From: Paramecium tetraurelia
Lineage: Eukaryota
Direction of reading: 5' to 3'
NCBI GenBank assembly: GCA_000165425.1
Contig: CT868033.1
Coordinates: 186,001-247,095 of the forward strand
Length of the DNA stretch: 61,095 nt
Shown one piece after another: positions 52,493 to 61,095 of this stretch (within the stretch, counting starts at the first letter, position 1; each line of letters starts with the position of its first letter). The notes under the pieces were generated by a model. It searched no databases. It saw only the letters and a program-made list of their open reading frames with translations, and was not told the origin of the DNA. Position numbers and translations under genes: made by a program.

Positions 52493-55250
52493 ATGATTCA
52501 AAAGTTATTTGAGTCATTGCTATCAATATGCCCAGAGAATATAAAATGTAAAAATAATGGATGTAATCTAATGCATCCAAGATGCTTTGCAGGAATTTGT
52601 ATTCACAATTTAAATGGTAATTGCAAGAAACCTTGCCCTAAGAATTTAATTCATATAAGCAAGGGTAGTTTGAAAGAGAAACTGTAAATGCATTCAATTA
52701 ATGGAGTTTTCGTTATTAATCTATGCCCAACATTTGATTGTAAAAATAGCAATTGCTATTATCTGCACAGAGATTGGATATAAAAGAGAAATATTTGCAT
52801 TAAATATTTAAAAAACAATGATGACTGTGAGGGTGAATGTGAAAAAAATTAAAAGCATGTTGATTGGCAATAACTACAATCAGAAGTATTTAAAGAATAT
52901 GAGTATATGAATTTAAGTCCAGAAACGATGATAGTTGTCGATAAAATATATTATGATTTAGAGAAATATTGCATTAAGTACTTCAAAGGTATTTGTGATT
53001 ATAAAGGAATATGTCCCAAATTTCATGTTGATTGGGAGAAAGTTAAATATGTATCAGCTAAATAGTTTGAAAGAAAAAAATTGGTACCATGCACTCGTAG
53101 TTAAAAGCCTGAGGTATAAAGAATGGATAGCAAGTCATTTACAAAATTGGAATTGCTTTTCGAAAAATAAAATCTTAAAAAATTATAACATGATATCAGA
53201 GCAAGCAACATTTTGGATATTGTATTTATAATGGATTGTACTGGAAGCATGGATCCTTGGATTAATCAAGCAAGAGAAAGCATATCAGAAATAATCAATA
53301 TTTTTAACAAAGCAGTATCATAAACATAAATTAGAATTGCTTTTGTTGGCTATCGAGATTTTAAAGACGAGAAACATATTTAATATCATGATTTTACAAC
53401 GGATGTCGAATTAATTAAATCATATATAAGTACTGTCTAAGCTGACGGTGGTGATGATGATGCAGAAGACCTAGCAGGGGGAATTTCGCAAGTTTTAAAA
53501 TTGGACTTTTCGAAGCACTCTTAAAGTATTCTTTGCACATTTTTGATATGTGACGCTCCAACACATGGCAAATAATATCATGATTATTCAGTTTCAGATA
53601 AACATAACGACTGTATTTAAGAGGGTTCTTTGGAAAATCTTATGTAAATTTTGGATTAAGAAGAGACTCCTAATAATTATTTCTTTTGTTGTAAACTAAA
53701 CGAAACTACAAATCAGATGTTTGAGATTATGAAATAAAACTTCAAGAATTTAGAAATGAGTTAATTAGAAACAAAAGATTTTACAAATTATGTATCTATA
53801 TCCATGATTAAGTCTTTTCAATCCTCCTGTCTAATTCAAAAGAACATTTCATAAACATAAGGGTTTCAAGCACATTTTATTTGGCATAAAGTAATTGAAC
53901 CAGTTGAATGCACACAAACGCACTCAGCTAAACCTCACTTTTTCTAATTTTTTTAACTTAAATGCGCAAATAACAAATTGGCGGCGCTACAATTTTAGCA
54001 ATAGCAATGCATGAGCAATCATTGCGCTCAAATGCTAATGCCAAGGCTTCCTATATCTTCGCAGCATTTGATATTAGCACTCCTTTGCCCATTATTATGG
54101 AGCTTCCAAAGGGCGCTGCAGATCAGTATAAGGGCGGCTAAGCTGATTAAGCTATTATTTAATAGGCGCAAGTTTCATCTCATGTTAGATATAATTAGCC
54201 TTTAATAGCAAAACAACTAAGTAGTGCTTAAGCTATTAAGCTAATNNNNNNNNNNNNNNNNNNNNNNNNNNNNNNNNNNNNNNNNNNNNNNNNNNNNNNN
54301 NNNNNNNNNNNNNNNNNNNNNNNNNNNNNNNNNNNNNNNNNNNNNNNNNNNNNNNNNNNNNNNNNNNNNNNNNNNNNNNNNNNNNNNNNNNNNNNTCCCA
54401 ATTTCATAGATAAGGAGAAAGAAAACTATTTTGCTTTTTGTCATTTTTACATATCATTTTACAAATCGAAGCTTAGTGATTTACTGATCTATAAGGGAAA
54501 CAAGGAGTCCTTTCCGATCCATGCATACATACCTCTAAGGTAATTACATACTTGATAGATGAAACAAATCATGGCGATTTAGGAATTTAAAGATTTTTTT
54601 CAACTTAGCATAATTAGTGCAATGAAGTTTGCAAATTTTTAGGATTATAGAGAAATGATGATGATGATAAAATTCCTGAAAACAGAATATTTACACAGCT
54701 GTAATAACTTAACATTCAAAATGTGAATGCAATTTGCAATGTTTGTAATGATATTTTCTAAATTAATTATGATAAATACAAAGGTTAAATTGATAATGAC
54801 GACACTTGCCAAAGTTGCACTTAGGTTAATGAATTGACTGAAATTTGCGAATGCTGCGGAAATTAATTTAAATTTAATCTGAATAGGGTATTGAAGTAAG
54901 CGTTAGATTTAAAAATATGCGAAGATTGTTAGAGAGATTGTTTGGATTAGAGATGTAATCAATGTGCATTACAATGTGCGTTAACTTTATAAAAGCAACC
55001 CACTTTTTGTAAACAATGTGATATAAAGGAATAATGTTTTTACTGTTCATCAAAATGTGCTAGAAGAAATATAAAGAGAAAAGTTAATGATACTAATGGA
55101 GAATCCAAGTACTTATGTGAGGAAGCATGCCAATTTTTTGAAAACTTATATTGTTTCGAATGCTTATCCGCTTTTTCTTATCAAAATTGGCCTTCTTAGG
55201 TGGAATATGTTAAAGGAGAGTACAAATGCTACAATTGCTAAAATTAATGA
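52493..55250 (+). CDS. Multidomain atypical kinase: ~5 CCCH zinc fingers + vWA (MIDAS) + alpha-kinase (eEF2K/MHCK/VwkA family) + C-terminal CxxC-rich region; spans an assembly gap
   Basis: Fingers CPENIKCKNNGCNLMH, CPTFDCKNSNCYYLH, CIKYFKGICDYKGICPKFH. vWA LDIVFIMDCTGSMDPWI..RIAFVGYRDF..GGDDDAEDL..CDAPTHG. After the gap YFAFCHFTYHFTNRSLVITDLQG..LSDPCIH..ETNHGDLGIQRFFSTQHNQCNEVCKFLGL (two extra T in homopolymers near 54445 and 54481). ~10 CxxC pairs. TGA at 55248-55250. Confidence 0.88.
54246..54395. other. Assembly gap inside the alpha-kinase domain
   Basis: Run of N. Confidence 1.
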
Positions 55251-57144
55251 ATATATTATTATTTATTATATCCATAATTATTTATAATTAGCTCTTTGAT
55301 AAATTGAGATTTTGCTATTTATAAAAATAATTTGCTTGCATCATCATTAGAACCATTTGAATATTAGATAAATACAAAAGTAGATGATATAATTATAATT
55401 ACTAAATTTGTGGTTATTGTAATGAAAACATAAAGTATTTTAAAATATGGGAAGAACTCTATCATATTATTGTGAGTAAAACAAATGAAATCTGACTGCA
55501 AATTTAGGTGATTGAAAAGTGAATATTTAGAGAGTTTGGAAGAGGATTATAAGAAAAAAACCATGATGCTATTGTTAGATAATCGTTTTTAATGGGGCTG
55601 ATTTATATAGGGTGTAATCGAAATCAATTGGTTTTAGGATAAAAACACAGAAATTATTAAGTTTCGAGTCTGATTGACTCAATCACTTTAAAAAAATATA
55701 TGGATAAAATTTTAATGGGCAATTTTATAATGATGACGTAAATGTGGAAGCAAAATATAGAAAAATGATAAATCTGTTATTAGAATTGGAAGTATGTATG
55801 AGTAAAGGCCTTTGAAGTGTTATTAATGAATAATTTAGCATATACTTTCTAACATATATCAAAGGAAGAAATGATTGTTGGAAATTGATGATCATATGAT
55901 TAACAGTAAGAAATCTAGTTTATAAAACCCTAAAAATAATATTAAAAAGTAAGTTAATTTTCTGTAAAAGTATAAAAAATAATACCAAAAATAATTACTG
56001 TTCTAACATAAAATTTCAGTTCTTAAGGAAAAAAAGAATAAAATACCAATTATATATAACCCATTTGTGAAGTTCTATGATTTAATGCATAATAATTAAA
56101 ATTAATGCCAACTATCAATAAAAGTAGTTTTTTGTTTTTTAATTAAAACGCCAGGCATACTATAAATTGTTTATAAACTCCAATTAAAAGTATCCAAAAA
56201 ATGAATTTTTTCATCCAAAACTTTTAATAAAAGAAGAGTTAAATCACTTAGTTTAATTGGGTATAATATCTTAGAATCTTGTATTGTAAGGCTAGCAAAA
56301 ACGTAAATTCTTAAAAATCATTTCAATATTCAGTTCACAAATTAGGTCTGCAAGATAATATTGAAATGCAGTATAACAATTCTCATTTATATTATTAAGA
56401 AAATTCTATTTTACCGCCTTAAATCCTACTGTATTTGTAATATCTTCTAAGGTGAAGAAACCGAATTTTAAATTATTTATTCCACATTTACTTTAGAGAA
56501 TATGAAATATTTGGATGAAGACTTTACTATGAGGTTAAAATTGAGAAAAAGTAACCCTAAAAATAATTTAAGCGAAGTTAGAAGGAATCAAAATCTATCT
56601 ATTCTTGTAAATTGTTTTTCTCCATAGCTGAAACTCATTTATATTATAAATCAATAATTTGTACCGAAGTGAGAATTTTTTTAGTTTCTAGAATTAAATT
56701 ATTGGAAAATAGACTGTTTAAAGTATATTTATTATCAAATTATTAAAATCATTATTAAATTTACTTTAAAGGGGGAGATAATTTATTATTATTAGATAAA
56801 CTTAATAACATAAATCAATAAAAATGCTATATAGTGATGGCAATAATTTATAAGAAATATCTAAATTTGTATCATTCCATCAAAATATTAAGAGGAATAA
56901 ACCATGCTCAAATTATTATTCTAAATATAAATTTGATTTTGGAATATTTTATAAACATTAAATTCTATGATTTTATATGATTCTATTTGTATATCACCAT
57001 GTCAAATGTAATTTTTTAATCAGAATTATATCCAAATGATAACAAATATTTGAATTTCATTTTCCTTAATGTTCAAAAAATATCTGAAATGCTTGATCAA
57101 AAAAATATAAACAAACTCAACACCTGCTATTTTATTTAACAATA

Positions 57145-57610
57145 NNNNNNNNNNNNNNNNNNNNNNNNNNNNNNNNNNNNNNNNNNNNNNNNNNNNNNNN
57201 NNNNNNNNNNNNNNNNNNNNNNNNNNNNNNNNNNNNNNNNNNNNNNNNNNNNNNNNNNNNNNNNNNNNNNNNNNNNNNNNNNNNNNNNNNNNNNNNNNNN
57301 NNNNNNNNNNNNNNNNNNNNNNNNNNNNNNNNNNNNNNNNNNNNNNNNNNNNNNNNNNNNNNNNNNNNNNNNNNNNNNNNNNNNNNNNNNNNNNNNNNNN
57401 NNNNNNNNNNNNNNNNNNNNNNNNNNNNNNNNNNNNNNNNNNNNNNNNNNNNNNNNNNNNNNNNNNNNNNNNNNNNNNNNNNNNNNNNNNNNNNNNNNNN
57501 NNNNNNNNNNNNNNNNNNNNNNNNNNNNNNNNNNNNNNNNNNNNNNNNNNNNNNNNNNNNNNNNNNNNNNNNNNNNNNNNNNNNNNNNNNNNNNNNNNNN
57601 NNNNNNNNNN
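57145..57610. other. Assembly gap
   Basis: Run of N. Confidence 1.
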
Positions 57611-57899
57611 TTATTTAAAGCTAAGCAATCATTTTTATGCTATTTTTTTTTAAATTGACTAATGGAATAACTACCAATTCTACTTATATGCTGATACAAA
57701 AGTTGAAAATTTTTAGTTATACTACCTTAACAAACTTTCATTTTCAAATTCACTGAATTTACTTGTTTTTACTAGGTTTCTAATATAATCTAGGACATTA
57801 AAAAGTATTTAAAAAACTAAAAAAGTAGAGTACCATAATTTTAGAAATTTACTTATTGCCCTTAATAATCTCATTTTCTCAAAAATTTACAATTGTGAA

Positions 57900-58700
57900 T
57901 CCAAATGAAAGAGATGAGCAAGAAAAATTTAATTTGGTGAGAAACCAATCAATAATTATCAAAAAAACTTGCTGTTATTTCAATTGATCTATATATAATC
58001 CTTAAAAATGATCACTCACTCTTTAGCCTCTCTGTAATTTTGAAATTTAAAACAAAGCAATTTCTAATGATGGAATTTCTGATACTTTTATCAGAAAAAC
58101 TAAGAACTTTTTCTATATTCCTAATTATTTGGATTAACTCCACTATGATTAATCAATTGCGCTGCAGAGCCAGATTGATACAACTTAATAAAATATTCCA
58201 TAAAAAGATCAACTTTTGCACCACTAAAAGCAGAACTATATATTGATTGATTTCAGTAATGCTTTTATTTTTGTAAATAGAAATATCTTTTATTATATTT
58301 TCAGAGTAAATCCATAACAATATACAAGATTTAAAATTTCTACAAAATTGCATTTCAACTTACTTAATCAATGGAAAATTCTATTTTGTTGATGGCGTTC
58401 CTTAAGGATCGCCTCTTTTTCCAGCCTTATTTAACATATATTTTGAACAATTTATGGATGAACTCAAAAACTCTCTAAAATATATATATTAAAGTTTCTA
58501 ATTTGCTGATCATGACTTAGATTTAATAATTGACACTAAAAATTCAAGTGCTTGCTTGGTCAATAAATCTAAAAGTAGCATAATTCTTTTACCGAATTTT
58601 TCATCTATAAAAAATTAGACTTCATCAAGTCTTCCTTATTGTGGATGTACAGATTGTAACTGGAGACATTAATTTCATCATTAATAACTTTTCCATAAAT
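57900..58700 (+). mobile_element. Second degenerate non-LTR retrotransposon reverse transcriptase fragment (element probably extends further both ways)
   Basis: KLRTFSI (~58097), LIDFSNAF..VNRNI (~58243), YFVDGVPQGSPLFPALFNIYFEQF (~58382; Gln encoded by TAA), FADHDL (~58502), LVNKSKS (~58556), in canonical RT order with frameshifts. Confidence 0.8.
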
Positions 58701-61095
58701 TAATTTATAAATTAAGTTGGTAGTTTTTTAAGGATTATTTCTGAATTCAGAATTAAATTAGGGAGGGATTCATCCGTTTGCTCAAAAGAAAATATATCAT
58801 GTTGCTGCTATAAGTGAGACTTTGCAACTCTTAAATAAAAAAATTCATCTCATTATAATTAAATGCCTTAATAAGTAAGCAATTGAATATTTGCAATTAA
58901 TTTCTATTGTGAAGATAAATTGAAAAAATTATTTGGATTAAAAAATAAAAACAAAATTTAAATCAATTTTAAGTTTAATAAACATAATTAATCGCTGCAC
59001 TCTAATAAATAAATCATCTAAATATCAAGCCTGATAACAATTAATTAGACAATTAAGATTTTTCGCCATTCTCCATAAACAAATTAAGTCATTAATAAAA
59101 AGAGCATAGATTTTCCAATCATCAGCAAATAAGTCCATTTTATAAAGGGAGTTATTCTGTTCAATCATCATTAAATACAAGCATTAGTTGTTGTTAAGCT
59201 AAAAATATTTGAGGAAATATACACAAAATCTATTGTTGCAAAAAAGAGATTTTCGGAAGAATAGATGAAAAATTAAAACAGATTTGTTCAGTCATCTTTA
59301 GAAAGACTAAATTTCATATTAAATAAAAAAAAGGAATGAAATTATGGCCATAAAAATAACTTAAAAGCAAAATCATTACATTAAAAAATTAATAACCAAG
59401 TCATTTCAATAAAAGCCCCATATAATATTATTGAAATAAGGAAAAGTCATTTAATTAGGAATTATTTTATGATCCCAAAGCAATTGAGTTATTTCTGAAA
59501 TATCAACCTTTATTATAATCGAAATAATTACAAAAATAATTATTTTGAAATCCAAAAATCTATTTTTATGATAAAATTTTCAAAGTTAATTAATGATTTA
59601 AACTTCTCATTCATAAATTTTACTTATTTAAGTCTTTTTACTTGCTTATATATGCTTATTTATATCAAATTATAGATGTTTATTTGTTTTATTAGAAATA
59701 CTAATATTAATTCATAAATATGTTTCTTTGAGCACAATTTATCCTAAGCCTAACAATTCAAATATTACTTGAACCAGGAAAAGAAAGAGTGGGTTTCATA
59801 ATGATGAAGAGTGTAATTCAGGGCTATTTATTGAATTCGCCTTAATTTCTAAAAATAATGATGGGTACCAGTAAAACCTTAACACTGCACCAAAATATGC
59901 TATTGGCGTTCAAGTTGAATTTATTAGTTTTATTTTGTCTAGGGTTAGTGCGAGGGTTATAGTTTGTTTTTATTTTATCGGAATAACTCAACAATCAAAA
60001 GTCCTAATTGAATAAAATTTGCAAGTTAAGATTAACACTATGAAATTTTGCAAATCTGAATTTATGAACTCAAAAAGTATAACTTGAATTCGAAAATAAA
60101 AACTGAAGTTCAAAATAAAATTTATTCAATATTACCGAAAATGCAATTAATAATTAGAGAAGTTTTTCCTGCCTTAGGGCCATTAGATCCAACCTTTTAT
60201 GAGGTAGAATTGAAAAGATATTACCTCCCTAAAAGATCAACCTCAATAATCATATTTGTTTTTAGAGTAATTACCAATAAATTATCCAGAATCAAATTTA
60301 AAGATATTAAAATAGCGCAGTTGTTCCAAAAACGCAAAAGAAAAGATGTTATCCGAAAGCTACGTTTGTTTGATGTTGGAAGGGGTTTTGACTAGGATCA
60401 TTAACCAGATAAAGTACGGTTGATTTAAGTCCTCGCACTAGTTCAGATTTCTTTCTATATTCCTTTTTATTTTTTGAATCTTAAGGGTTATATAAATATA
60501 AAAAGTCTTTTGGAGTTGAGTAAAAAGTAAATTTTTTAGATAAATGAGTTTATCAAAATTGAGGTCATTGTTAATACAATGAAAATTTATTAAATTTGTT
60601 AGAATGCTATGAATGATTAAATTTTATGAAACAAAACAGCTACAATTATGAAATACAGTGTGTAAAATCCTTAATAAACAGGAACCTTTTGAAAATATTA
60701 TTGTAAAAATGTGTTCAACTCATAGTGCAAAAACCACTAATTTGCATGAAATTAATACGTTATAAATCATCTAGAATGAAGAATTTTTTGTTAGCCAATT
60801 TTCATTTAACAATTATTTAGTTATTTTTGTTGTACAGTCTTTTATATTCGGACGCTGAAAATAAAGGCAGTTGATTCAAATTGAGGTAAATGATTTACAT
60901 AAGAAACCGAAACCATAATAATTTGCAACAATAAATGATTGGCTTGGCTTTTCAAAATTAGATAAAGGAAATAGTCATCAAAGTAAAATGAAAATGTTAT
61001 GAAAATTAATTTGGCTCTATGATATTTTTTATGTTTCTGATTAATTTCTGGTCTTGAAAAAAAATGTATGTATAAACAAGGTAGAGATCAAGAAA

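Noticed and set aside
53930..54245. GC-richer patch inside the alpha-kinase gene suggesting foreign DNA
   Set aside because: It abuts an assembly gap and contains garbled traces of the expected kinase N-lobe (IAMHEQS..), so it is most likely a low-quality read end.
55400..55900. Trp/Gly-containing fragments resembling ciliate MORN-like repeat genes
   Set aside because: No sustained reading frame; the resemblance is impressionistic.
59946..60441. 10-bp inverted repeat TAGTGCGAGG / CCTCGCACTA around the 60084-60395 ORF, as possible transposon ends
   Set aside because: Short, no matching target-site duplication, and no transposase motif recognised in the ORF.
1..61095. Most entries of the supplied ORF track taken as independent small genes
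   Set aside because: The track treats TAA/TAG as stops. The entries are fragments or off-frame shadows of long code-6 genes, or run through N gaps.
1..61095. Telomeric repeats, rRNA or tRNA genes
   Set aside because: No (TTGGGG/TTTGGG)n tract or recognisable structured RNA gene seen by eye; a tRNAscan/Infernal run would be needed to exclude them formally.

Overview
AT-rich ciliate DNA, almost certainly Paramecium. The long Cys-rich frames only stay open if TAA/TAG encode Gln with TGA the sole stop, and the introns are tiny (20-30 nt, GT..AG). The supplied standard-code ORF track therefore fragments every real gene. In order, the window holds: the 3' part of a large Cys-repeat membrane-protein gene (1-6977); two tandem ~8-kb intronless surface (immobilization) antigen genes (9109-17124; 22370-30417, the second carrying eight single-base insertions); decayed copies of a TPR gene and a vWA/alpha-kinase gene between them; a degenerate non-LTR retrotransposon; a WD40 gene; two kinases with broken catalytic motifs; a third, inverted, deletion-riddled surface-antigen pseudogene (43391-40150) that is a patchwork of the two long copies; a TPR gene built from 102-nt exons; a CCCH-vWA-alpha-kinase-CxxC gene; and a second reverse-transcriptase remnant. 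There are three assembly gaps. The best candidates for something new are the CCCH/vWA/alpha-kinase plus modular-TPR pair (duplicated as a unit), the mosaic antigen pseudogene, and a 27-nt insertion that reads either as a dead IES or as a new intron. All translations and alignments were done by eye; no database searches were run.
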